Origin: Emiliania huxleyi CCMP1516
Taxonomy: Eukaryota
NCBI RefSeq assembly: GCF_000372725.1
Contig: NW_005201165.1
Coordinates: 2,853-66,852, forward strand
Direction of reading: 5' to 3'
DNA: 64,000 nt
The notes under the pieces were generated by a model that was given only the letters and a program-made list of their open reading frames with translations, had not been told where the DNA came from and searched no databases. Shown here piece by piece: positions 36,330 through 48,000 of the stretch (positions are counted from its first letter, which is position 1; each line of letters opens with the position of its first letter). The position numbers and the translations under genes were made by a program.

Positions 36330-38382
36330 ATGCCCAACCGCTTCGACGCCGACCTCGCCGCGGCCCTACAGAGACGGAATGTGAAGCTCTTCAACTCGCT
36401 CCTCTCCCGGCACGCACGCTTCGGCGAGGTCGAGCGGGTCCAGAAGGCGTTTGATGCGCTGTGCGCACTACGGCCGCCGCTCAAGCCAAACGAGTACACC
36501 TACGGGATCCTCCTCAACGCGTACGTGCGGCTCGCGGACTACAGCGCGGGCGAACGATGCAGGCAGATCCTCTCCGAGATGCAGGGCAGCGGCGTGCCCG
36601 TCAGCGCGGTGGTCTACACCACCGTCATCAAGGGCCGAGTCAACGCCCTCGATATGCCATCCGGTGAACCTTCCGAGAAGACCTTCCGAGAGAAGCTGTC
36701 CTCCGCTGCCCGCTGACATGCGTATCTGATACGTCCCTGGACTGTTCCGCAGCGTGGTCGCACTTCGAGGCGATGCTATCCGACCCTGCCGCACAGCCGA
36801 ACCTGCGGACGGTAAACACGATGCTGCGCGGCTGCCTCTACGTCGGCGACGGCGCGGGCGTCGACCGGCTGCTCGAGACGGCGGCGCGGCTCGGCCTGGA
36901 GCCCGACCGCGCGACCAGGGACGCGGCGGTGAGGGCGGCGGCGGCGGCGTTCGATTCCAAGAGGCTGCGGCGGGCGCTCGAGGCCCACGCCTCCGGAGGT
37001 CTGGCATCGCTGAGCCACGCGGCGGCGGCGGACGTCTGCATCGCGCTCGCGCTCACCGGCAAGTTCAAGCGCTGCGCCAAGGCGCTCAAGGCTTTGGGCG
37101 GCGGCGGCAGCGGCAAGAGCAGCGGCGGTGGCGGCGGCGGCGGAGGCGGCGGCGGCGGCGGCGGAGGTGGCGGCGGCGGAGGCGGAGGTGGCAGCAGCGG
37201 CGGTGGCAGCGGCGGTGGCGGCAGCGGCGGTGGCGGTGGCAGCGGCGGTGGCGGGGAAGGGTCGGCGCAGGAGGTTTCGATGCTCGAGGGCAGCCTCGCC
37301 GCCGTGCGCGCCTTCTTGGAGAGCGAGGGGCGCGAGGCGGCGGCGGCGGCTTTCTCGACCGCCGCGGTGGCGCGCTTCCCTCCGGTGGCAGCTGCGGCTG
37401 CGAAGGTAGGGTGTGGGAGCCTCGGCTGCACAGCTCGGCTGCATCTGGGCTCCACCCCGGGCGCCTCGTGCTCGAAGGTGTCTTGGAGCGCCCTCTTCCC
37501 GGACGCGTCGCGGGCTGTCAAGGTTGAGGTGGGCGCCGGCACCGGCGACTGGGTGGCGCTGCGGGCGGAGGCCGACGCTGCGACCGCCAACTGGGCGGCG
37601 CTCGAGCTGCGTCACGACCGCGCGTGCCTCATCCGCGCCAAGGGGGCGATGCGCGGGCTGCGCAACCTCGCGGTGCTCGCCGGGGACGCGCACGGGATCC
37701 TGAGCGGCGGGCTGCCCCTTCGCTCCGTGGCGGAGGTGCATGTCAACTTCCCGCAGCCGCCGCAGTCCGAGGGCAGCGAGCGGCACCTCGTGAACCGCGC
37801 CTTCCTCGAGGCGGCTCACGCCATCCTCCAGCCGGGAGGCATGCCGCTCGCCGCTCCGCCCTCGACGAAGAGGCCCAGAGGACCTCCCCCGATCCGTCTC
37901 CTCGCCTCCTCCCGCCTCCTCGCGCAGGTACCCTCACCCTCACCTCGGACGACGAGGCATACTGCGCGAGCGTCGCGAGGCGCGCCGTCTCCGAGCCCGC
38001 CCTCGTGGCGCTCTGGCAGCCCGCGTTTGGGCCGCCGCACTACAAGACGCACGAGCGACCGCTGCCGAGCCATCGGTCCGCTTTCGACGACCTGTGGGCG
38101 GCGCGCGGCTTCAGCCGCCGCTTCCAGTGCCGCCTCTCGGCGCGGCGCGCCAGGGGGCAGCCTCGGCCGCAGCACGAGAGCGAGGCTGCTGAGGCTGCTC
38201 TGGCGGAGGGTGTGGGGCGGGCGGGCGGGGCGGGTGGAGAGGGAGAGGAGGCGGGGGGCAGCAAGAGGAAGAGGAGGGGCAAGGAGACGTCGAAACAGCG
38301 GAAGAGGAGGCGCGCGAAGGAGAGGGCCGCGGAGGGCGGGGGCGGCGAGGCGGCGAGTGGTGCGGCGGTGATAGATCCATAA
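36330..38382 (+). CDS. PPR-repeat protein fused to a TrmB-like tRNA m7G methyltransferase domain
   Basis: PPR motifs (LFNSLLS, PNEYTYGILLNAY, SAVVYTTVIKG, PNLRTVNTMLRGC), poly-Gly linker, then VEVGAGTGDW, ALELR, VHVNFPQP, HLVNRAFL and LTLTSD. Confidence 0.8.
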
Positions 38383-38735
38383 GTGAGTGAGAGTACTGTC
38401 GTAAAGTCGCAATGTCGCGGCACACGAGACTAATAAAAATCGTAAAAGCGAACACCGTCCGCGAGAGAGAGGAGAGGTGTACATCGATGCATGTGAGATG
38501 CGTGAGGTATGCATCAGCGAGCACCAACTGTGTCTCTCACTCTCACTCTCTGGAGCGACTCTCGTGCGCGCCGCAGGTATCTGTGGTGACGTGCGCGCTG
38601 TCTCTCGAGGCTGTCGAGCCCGTGAACCCATTCGGTGCATGTGCATGTGCATGTATGATGTAAATGTCTTGTCCCTGCCAGGCGGAGCAGGACGCGACGG
38701 CCTAGTGCCGCGTGTGCCCCCTCGACGGCTAAAAG

Positions 38736-41700
38736 CTATCCGCGGCTGCCGAAGGCCTTCTTCAGCTGCTCGCCGAGGGTGCGCCACGCCGCGAGCTCGG
38801 CGGCGGTGTTGCCCGCCGCGCGCGCCTCCTCCACCTTGTGCGCGCCCTTCTTGAAGGTCTCGGCCTGTGGATCGACGCGCCAGCGGGGGATCGGGATTGT
38901 GACGCCGGGGGTAATACTCGTCTCCTCGGGAGATAGCCCACCGCGCCCAGCTTGCGCCGCTTGGCCTTGGGCGGCGTCGGGGTCGGGAAGGCCTCGACGG
39001 CGTGCGGGTACGTGTCGGGGGCGAACCGTGCCGAGGGCTGCACCACGCGCCGCGCCTGTTCTCGCATGGGAGCGCGTGAAGCGCCCGTTGCCTCGTCGCT
39101 CGGCGGCTGCACCCGAACGCCGGAAGCCCGCTGTGTCGCGAGGGCGGCGGGCTCCCCGGGCGTCGCCTCCTGGCTTGCCGACGCGGCGGCAGTGTCGATG
39201 TTGTGCGGAGCGAGCTGCGCAATCGCGCGCGCCTTGGACGCCGCGGAGAGCTTGGGCGCTGGCGGCTCCGGCGGGGCGGTGTTTGCGATGCACCAGCAGA
39301 CCACGTGCACCCGCAGCGCCTGAGGGTGTGCGCGGGTGCAGGGGTGGGATGAGGGGGGGGGGGGGGGCATCTCGGGGTGCGCCGTCGGGGGCATGCATCT
39401 CGCCGAGACGAGGTGCGCAAGCGAGACGGTCGGCGGCATCCCCTCGGCGGGCAGGGAGAGTCGCGTCTTTGAGCCGTCGAGGGCGAAGCAGCGCGGGTTG
39501 AGGAGGAAGAGGGTGAGGTGGCCTGCGCACGCTCACGCGCGGTCGCCGGGGGCGTGAAGACGCGGCGTGAGGGCGAGTCCGGCGCTGGGAGGAGGGACGG
39601 TGCGCTCGCCTAGCCCGAGGTTTGGCCAGAGCTCGTGGATCTTGCTCCACTTCGCCCACTTGCTGAAGCTCATCGCCTCGGGCAGCTGGATCGTGTCGTC
39701 GCCGGCGCGCAGGTGCTCGGCGAAATTGCCGTACTCGATCTTGGTCTGCCAGTTGCCCTTGGACTGGCAGCCCGCGATCAGGTTGCTGAACGCCTTTGAG
39801 TTCTGACCGAAGACCTGGCCGTCAAAGGCGGCGCCGGGCCGGTCGTTGATGACCTTGGTGCCGTGGAGCACGAAGTACGCCCCGTCGAGGCCGGCCTTGT
39901 GCAGGGGCAGGTGCAGCTGGTTGTGACGGTACCTAGTGGGTCGACACGGGTCACTAAGGCCTTACGCCTCGCCGCCTCGCATCGCGGCCAGCGTTCCCCA
40001 CTACTCAGGCGCGGCGCGCTTTTCCGGGTCGACGCCGGCGCCGGCGATGCTGCTGCGTGGCAGCGGGCAGACGCGGGCAAAAGCGACCGGCTCGGGAAAG
40101 CCCGCGTCCGAGGGGAGGTAGACGGGCTCGAAGTCGCCCGGCGCGGCGTCGGGCTCCTGCAGCAGCGCGGCCCACTGGTGCCCTCCCCAGTCTACGTTCG
40201 CCCCTTGGACGAGCACCTGGGGAAGGCGAGATCCGACATGCCTCCTGCATATAGCGCTCGCGCTGTGATGGGAGGGCGGTGCGAACGAACCTCCGGGAGA
40301 GGCGCCGCGCGCGCCCAGGCGGGCAGGGTGTCGCCCCCGCCGCCGGCAGGGGGGGTGCCCGGGGGAGATGGTGCCGCCGTGTCGGAGGCCGTCTCGATGC
40401 GCGCCTCGACCTCCTCCTCCTCGTCGTCGTCGCGCAGCGGGGCGGCGGCAATGTAGGAGTGCTGCAGCCCGCCTGTGGGCGCAGGCGGAGAGGGTGTGTA
40501 GAGGGAGAGGGGCTGTGCAGCCCCGGGTGCAAGGCATCTGCATCAGCTCGCCGACGACGTCGAGCAGCTCGTTGGTGTGCTTGTCGCGCACGAAGAGGCC
40601 GCGCGAGGGCGAGGCGGAGGAGGAGGAGGGTCGCTCGCCGAGCTCGTAGGGCAGGGCGGGGCACGAGCCCTGGAAGTCGGCGGTGTGGTAGACGAAGAGG
40701 GTCCACTGGCCTAGCAGCAGCGGCGGCAGCAGCGGGCGTGCAAGGCCGTGCATGCTGCGGGGGCGAGCAGAGAGGCCACGGCTGTCCACGCACCGTCCTC
40801 GTCGCCCAGGCGGCGGAGCAGCATCTTGACCGGCGCGAGCATGCCGTCCTCGCGGAGGTTGTTGCTCTCGTCGCGCCAAGGCGAGTACGTCTCGAGCATC
40901 GCGCCGCGCGCGTTGCGGTTGGCCGGCCTGCCCCAGTCAAAGCGGACGTCGCTGGCGGCGCCGTCCTTCAGTTCGACCTTGACGTCGGCGATCGTGCGCG
41001 CGATGAAGCGTGCGCCGCTCCCCGAGCTGCTGCGGCCGTCGCTGGAGAGCGCCGACCAGAACTCGTCTTGCAGCGAGCCGGTGCGGGCGACCTGCGCGGC
41101 CACCTCGCCGCCGCGCTTCTTGACCGTGTAGATGATGGCCTGCTCACAGGAGGAGGCGTGAAGAGAGCTGTTTTGCGGCTGGGTGGTTGAAGGATTGAAG
41201 GCCTGCGTCTTCTCGCCGAGGCCCGCCTGAGACGGGGGAGGAGGCGTCAGGCTCAGGGGATCAAACAAACAAACACGGAAACCTCCAGATCAGGCTCAGG
41301 GCATCACGTGGCAAGAGCATAGAGGCGGCGTGAAATGGGCAATCGTTCGGCGGTTTCGCTCTTCGGGCCTGGAAGACGTACAGACCGATGCCAAAGTTGT
41401 TCAGGAGATGGTTGTCGGACGGCTTGGTGTGACCGACGGTGAGGGCGTGCTCAAGATCGATGAAGGTGTCGGTGCTGATCTGCAGCACGTCGTGGTGGCG
41501 CCTATCGATGCTGGCGTGCTCAAGGTCGATGAAGGTGTCGGTGCTGATCTGCAGCACGTCGTGGTGGCGCCTATCGATGCTGGCGTGCTCAAGGTCGATG
41601 AAGGTGTCGGTGCTGATCTGCAGCACGTCGTGGTGGCGCCTATCGATGCTGGCGACGACCGCGCCCAGCTTGACAGCAGGAGTGAAGCTCATCTCGAAGC

Positions 41701-41821
41701 GCGAAGCACCGGCGCTCATGGCATTCTCGAGTTGTTCGCGGTGCGCGTTGCAGCGCGTGTGGATGCGCGACATCGACTCGCGTAGCTCGCTTCCAACCTC
41801 GGCACAGCCACCGACGACCAT
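38736..41821 (-). CDS. Divergent MORC-like GHKL ATPase, multi-exon, 5' end uncertain (may extend to ~42340)
   Basis: REQLENAMSAGA (N-box-like), LTVGHTK...NNFGIGL (ATP-lid G-box-like), then IIYTVKK, SPW and WTLFVY segments in MORC order. Confidence 0.5.
41445..41653. repeat. Three in-frame 69-bp tandem copies encoding ASIDRRHHDVLQISTDTFIDLEH
   Basis: Direct reading and ORF 41261..41821. Confidence 0.95.
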
Positions 41822-43444
41822 GATGTCTACAGTTTGAGCTGTTGATGATGGCTGTGAGCAGCGACCAACAACACACAGAGCCAGAAGGCGAAGAGGCGTG
41901 ATTGCATGCTCGCCTTTCTTTTTCAGTGTATTTAGCTCTTACGTACATTCCCTTAGGAGGACTCTGCTGACAGGGTTTGCGATGAGGAGCGACCCGAAGG
42001 GTTTCTTTTTCAGTGTATGCTCTTACGAACATTCCTGGAGGAGGACTGCTGACGGGGTTTGCGATGAGAAGCGATTTTTGTTCGTCCAGTTGCTCTGACA
42101 AGCCTCTGCCAGTCGCCATTTATTTCATGGCGGCCCGGGATGAAGAAACTGGCCTTTGCCAGACTGAGGACTATGTGCGCCTTGGCAAGACGGTTCCGAT
42201 GGTATTTTTTGCGAGCGCAGTGGACTTCATCTTGCCGGGTCAACTGCCGGCGGTCGACAACTGCCGTTCGAGCAGCGTCGGCGACCGCCGTCAAGATGAA
42301 CTCCTCTCAAGTTGAGCCGCGGCATGCCGCCCCGCCTGCGATGCATCAGGTGAAGGTGGGCACCATTGACGTGCGGCGCCAAATCATCCGACCCTCTCTC
42401 GGCAGTGCCAACGCGACGTTGGATCGCGGCGACGAAACCTTTGGTCCTAAATAAATAAACCTCTTGTAGCTCGATCGGTCACACCGCCATCGCCGTCGGG
42501 GAGAGGGGGGACGACACTGCTTCGGCAGCGTGCACCTCGATCCTGTACCGTGTTTGTTATGACCCCCCCCAATCGCCAATGAACACACCAGTGAGGGTGG
42601 GCGAGACGATCGAGGGGTCCCGTACCATGCGGAACCGACCCTATCCAGTGCTCAAGTGCTCAAAGAAATAAATAAATCGGTCAAACTCTGACGAGATGGG
42701 ATTTAGGGACATGTGTCCCCGCGCCCTGCACGATCTACTTGTTGTGAGGGATCTTCAATCCGTCCCCTCACACACCCCTCATCACAACCCGATAGAAGAG
42801 CGGCAAGAGATGGCTGATGGGGGGCTGCGGCTACGGGTACGGCTGCGGCTGCGGGAGGGGCTGTGGTCGCGGGAGAGCCGCTGCGCCGCGTGGACGCGCC
42901 TACACCGCTCTTGCGGAGAGAGTTTCAGAGAGAACATTTCGAGATGCATCTAGCTCGCTTTTCTTTTTTGTGGCCGCCCAAAGCCTCGCGGCCTCACGAC
43001 ATGCGAATCCCCCCTCCCTAGATCCCTGGAGAGAGGCGCGCGGGCGCGTCGCGGGCCACTCTGTACTTACATACCGCTTGGTTTGTGTTGGCCCAGAGTT
43101 TTACCTGAAGCTCTACGAACAACGGTACCGACGCGACCGCAAAATTGCGAGGCTGTTGTAGACTGTAGTGCAGTAGTGGTCTGGTGACTGGTGTGAGCAC
43201 ACAAGCAAAAGTACTCTACTTGATTGGATTGAGATTGGAAGGTGAAAAGAACAGCCAGGCTCGGACTGCTCTGGACACCACAGCGTGTGGGAGGACTCAC
43301 ACGCGGACACGCAAGACAGGAGATGACGGCATGCTGGAGAGCCGACACACACACAGACCCAAACTCACAATACACTCAGTACTAGCAAGAGCAGCCGAGC
43401 AGAGAGATGCATTACCTGCATTACCACTTCAGCGTTCAGAGCAC

Positions 43445-43790
43445 AGAGGCATTCCCTGCCTGTCTGCGCCCTAGTCTGCGCCCTCGCCCCCTCTCTCTCC
43501 TCTCGCGCTGTAATACGCCGCGCGAGGTATTTTCTTCTAAATAGCAAGGTCTGTGAAGGCCCAGCCCGGGGTTGTGCGTTTAGGGGAAGGCCAAGGCTCA
43601 CACCTCAACCAGGGGTGTGAAGATCGTCGGTGTGAGAATTCCCAAAACCTTCGCAAAAATGGTGGGTGTCGGCTTACTGCTCGGGCTCGTCGGGCTCCTC
43701 CCCGCTGGCCCGGCCCACTCCTGCGGCCCGCTGGCGCTGCCGCGGCCCCCACGCGGCGGCCTGCTCCAGATGCAGACCGCGGAGGACGCC
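43445..43790 (+). repeat. Direct duplicate of 47787-48132 (promoter and 5' end of the Pro/Gly-rich gene)
   Basis: Identical 346-bp block giving identical ORF starts. Confidence 0.95.
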
Positions 43791-44493
43791 TGCAGTGGGC
43801 CCCATGGCGCTCGATCCGCCCACGGCTGCTCAGGGGATGACCCCGCGCAGGCGATGGGCGTGCACGTCAGAGCGGCGGGTGCCGTCGAGCGGCTCTCCTC
43901 CAGCTTCCTCAGTGCATGGCTGACCGCCGTCACCCGACAAAAATCCCCGATATGTCCTGCGGTGAAGCGTCCACTCCACCGCACCGGCTGCCCCTCGAGG
44001 CGGCCCGGAGCCTGGACACTGGCCTCGAAATTTCGGCTCGGCCTCGAGCCTTGAAATGGAAATCTGACAGTTGCCACCATTTCCCCCATGGTGGGCCAGT
44101 ATCCCCCTCCCCTGTACAGCCCGGAACCGCCCAGCATCGGCACGCAAAGACCCGGGGGAGGCGACGGAGGGCTCGGCTGCAGTAGTCTCGTCTTCTGACC
44201 GTCTGCTGTTGGAGCCCTCGTCACTACGCACAGCCGCACTCTGCACTGGTGCGGGAAGCCTACCTCTTGACACTGGAATTGGCACCCATGACCACCTTGG
44301 TGCTGCTGTAGCCACCAGTCAAATCGCGCCCCGCGGGCCGCTCTCTGATCGGTCTCCGCCGGTCTGCTGTAGAGGTCAATACTCACGGAGTCAGAGGTGC
44401 CTGGCGCCGTGTACGCGCGCCCTCCCAGGCCGCCCTCAAGCACGGGCATTGGCGCTACGTCGGCCCAACAGGAGACGTCCACCGCAACCGCGA

Positions 44494-46369
44494 CCCGGTG
44501 TGAACAGGTCGCCTCCACGCTCACGTACCCGCACGAGGTTGTGCGCGCGCGCCTGCAGTTCGACAAGGGCGGCAAGCTCTACGCCGGCACGCTGGACGCG
44601 ATCCGCCAGACGGCGCCGGCGGCGTGGCCGCGCCGGGGCAGCGAGGGGCCTCCCGCGAGCCTTCTCGGACCCTCCCTAGGTCCAGTCCGACGGCGTCGCA
44701 GGGCTGTGGCACGGCTACCGCCTCAACATTGTGCGCACCATCCCGCAGTGCATCATCACCTTCACTGCGTACGAGACCGCCGCAAAGGCGCACCGAGCGC
44801 GCCGCGGCGGCGCGTCCGGACCGCGTCTCTTCACAGCCTTTGGCCGTGAACTCAGGCCTCACGGCCTACTTGCAGGGCGGCGACGCCGCACGCAGGCACG
44901 GCGAGGAAGCCGGCGCGCCGCCACGGAGCGTCTCTCGCCACCAGCGGTCGGAGAGCGAGGGGGTCCTTACGCGCACCAGGACCGAGAGCAGATGATGCTG
45001 TGTGTGTGTTGTCGCGTGTGCCGTGTGGTATCTTTGTACCGTGTGCGTGAGCCGGGACTGTGTGATGTGTGCACTCTCTTGGGGAAGTCTTGTGTTCGCA
45101 GTCGCACCCGCCCTATCCCGTTCCCTCCTCTTTCACGCATCACGGGTCGCCAGAGGAGTGAAAAGTCCAACGCGCTCGTCGGTGACGGTGTCCTCCAACC
45201 TGCGCCGCGCTCGGCGAACCTCGACAGCGCCTTCGATGGCATGCAGCTCTTTGCGTCAGAAGCCTGGAGAGCAGCTCCTCGGCTGCTCACACGCTCTGCA
45301 CAGTTGACACAGCCTACTGTGCGGCTGCCACAGCTGTCACAGGCTCACAGCGATGGGCTCGCCCTCACTGGCCCTCAGTCACTTGTGCTGCGGCTTGTGT
45401 GAGCGACACTGCTCGGCGACTGCCGGCACACTGTGAGACCATGGGTGTGAGGTAAAACCACGCTACCAGCGCTTGGTCACATCGGCCCCGAGGTCAGATC
45501 CTTCTACTCTGTTAGTGACAAGACTTGTCTACTGGCTGGAGCCGAGCAGGAGGGCCCGGCGCACAACCCCTGGTCAACTCACGGTCCACACCCCGTATAA
45601 AAATACAACTACAACCACCCCTCACCGACACGTGTGTGCGGAGTGCGCGCGCGCAACGGCACAAGCAGGTCGCTCCAGGGATCTCCCCATTCCCCAACTC
45701 TCCCGCGCCTCGCTGCACGCCGGTCTGGCGAGACACGCAAGCTGGGACCGCGGGCGGCGTGAGATGAGAGTCTCTCTCAGACAGAGAGCTAGCAGAGAGC
45801 ATCGCAGCCAGCGCCTCGCACTCGCGCCTGTGCGCGACTTGGCGACTGCGACGCACGCTCGGCTGGCATCGCCTACGTGCTAAGAGTCCAAACGCAAAAT
45901 CGCCCCCCCCAGTGTGAGCCCGGAACTCGAGGAGATCAAGGCGCACACGGGGGGGGCGACGCGAGAGAGAGAAGTGCTACTCCTAGGGTCAGTTTTACGG
46001 CTTGACCCAGGCCGCTCAATAAAAGACTGGTAACAACACACATCAAGATACAATCAATCACTAGAGGAGAGCGACGGCGGGCTCTGCTACAGAGACCGCG
46101 CTCCCCTCCGAGAGGCCACAACCGCGCGCACAAGCCCTGTAAACCCCCCCCGCCCAGCAAGAGTGCATGCAATCATGTCACACAGTGCAGGCCTGTCCTC
46201 CGTCCGTCCTCAGTCGCAAGCCAGGCCCCATGTACCGGACACTGGAACCGGTCAGTGCACCCACACCTCGTCGTGGCCCGCGCCGTCCTGCTGGTGGCGG
46301 CGGCCGCCCTCGGCCAGCCACGGCGTCGCCGCCTCAACTTCGTTGTAGGCGGGCTGCTGCATGTCGAGG
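44494..46369 (+). repeat. Inverted duplicate of 50582-52458 (3' ends of the carrier and Pro/Gly-rich genes)
   Basis: Mirror-image ORFs with only about 4 differences seen, including a 1-bp deletion near 44858. Confidence 0.95.
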
Positions 46370-47148
46370 GACGAGGAGGAGGAGGAGGAGGAGGGGGGTG
46401 TGCAGTGTGACGTGTGCGGCTCAGGCGAGGGCGGCTCGAGATTGGCCGAGATTGGCCGAGATTGGCCGAGATTGGCCAAGATTGCTCGAGGCCACACACC
46501 GCACCACCGCGGCCGACACCACTGCTCCCCTCCGATGGGGTAAGGGCGATCAAGGGCCGTCTCTCGCGCTCTCACAGGCGGCGACGCCGCGCGGCTGCTC
46601 CTCCCCCCCTATCTCCCCATATCTCCCCATATCTCCCCCACATCTCCCCCATATCTCCCCAGATCTCAGGCGGCGACTCCGGGGGAGGAGGAGGAGGAGG
46701 AGGAGGAGGAGGAGGAGGAGGAGGAGGAGGAGGAGGAAGAGGAGGAGGAGGAGGAGGAGGAGGTGTAGGAGGNNNNNNNNNNNNNNNNNNNNNNNNNNNN
46801 NNNNNNNNNNNNNNNNNNNNNNNNNNNNNNNNNNNNNNNNNNNNNNNNNNNNNNNNNNNNNNNNNNNNNNNNAGGAGGGCGAGGGCGAGGGCGAGGGAGG
46901 GGAGGAGGAGAAGGAGGAGGAGCCGCCTCTGGAGTGCGACAGCGCGGCCTTGCCACGAGCCGCGCGGCGGCGGTCGCAGTGCACCCGGCTGCGGCTCGCG
47001 GCGCCGTCTCTGCGGCGCTCGGCGCCGTTTGAGGTCGCCATCGGGCATGCATCTGCCACCGTCGCTCCACCGGCTCTGACCGAGTATCGTGTCTTCTCAC
47101 ACACACGACGCGCTCGCGGAGTGATCGATGCCACCCAAGACTCGTGCT

Positions 47149-47256
<108 letters not shown>

Positions 47257-47269
47257 AGAGAGATTTTTA

Positions 47270-47780
47270 GCAATACCAAACAACGGAGCCCTGTTCACGC
47301 GCGCGCGAGACGTGCAGACAGGGTTGCCAGGTGAGAGCGAATGGCGCGGTTCACGCCTCGCACAACAGAGAGAGAGATGCGCTCTGCATGGTGGGACATA
47401 AAAGAGAGCGAGTACTTGGGCGAGTAGGCCGTGCGGTCGACGCTGCCGCGCGCGACTTTGCGCGCGAGGCGGCGCAGCTTGAGAACGGCGGTGGGCGAGA
47501 AGCCGCCGCCGAACGTCTCGTGGAGCAGTAGGTTGAAGTTGTTGCGCTTGACAAAGATCGCGTCGTGGTAGAAACCGCGATGCGCCTTGACGTAGCCGTG
47601 GCCGGTCTTGTGGGGAGAAGGGTTGGCCGGGCTGCCCGCGCGCCTTGCAGCCCATGTTCAGGCGGCGGGCCTTTTCCTCGGTGTTGCCGAAGGCGTAGGA
47701 GTGGCCAACGGAGGCGGGCGTGCCGCCACTCGAGGCGTTGCCAACGCCCGTCGAGGAGGTTTGTTGTTTGTCCACTTCAT
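47270..47780 (-). mobile_element. 3' fragment of a probable non-LTR retroelement
   Basis: Frameshifted reading GHSYAFGNTEE...GHGYVKAHRGFYHDAIFVKRNNFNLLLHETFGGGFSP...SHHAERIS...GVNRAI. A homologous copy lies at 60788-61130. Confidence 0.55.
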
Positions 47781-48000
47781 TCAGAGAGAGGCATTCCCTG
47801 CCTGTCTGCGCCCTAGTCTGCGCCCTCGCCCCCTCTCTCTCCTCTCGCGCTGTAATACGCCGCGCGAGGTATTTTCTTCTAAATAGCAAGGTCTGTGAAG
47901 GCCCAGCCCGGGGTTGTGCGTTTAGGGGAAGGCCAAGGCTCACACCTCAACCAGGGGTGTGAAGATCGTCGGTGTGAGAATTCCCAAAACCTTCGCAAAA

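Noticed and set aside
46370..47100. PHD-finger gene (VQCDVCGSGEG)
   Set aside because: Only a short fragment between the inversion junction and a gap, too little to call.
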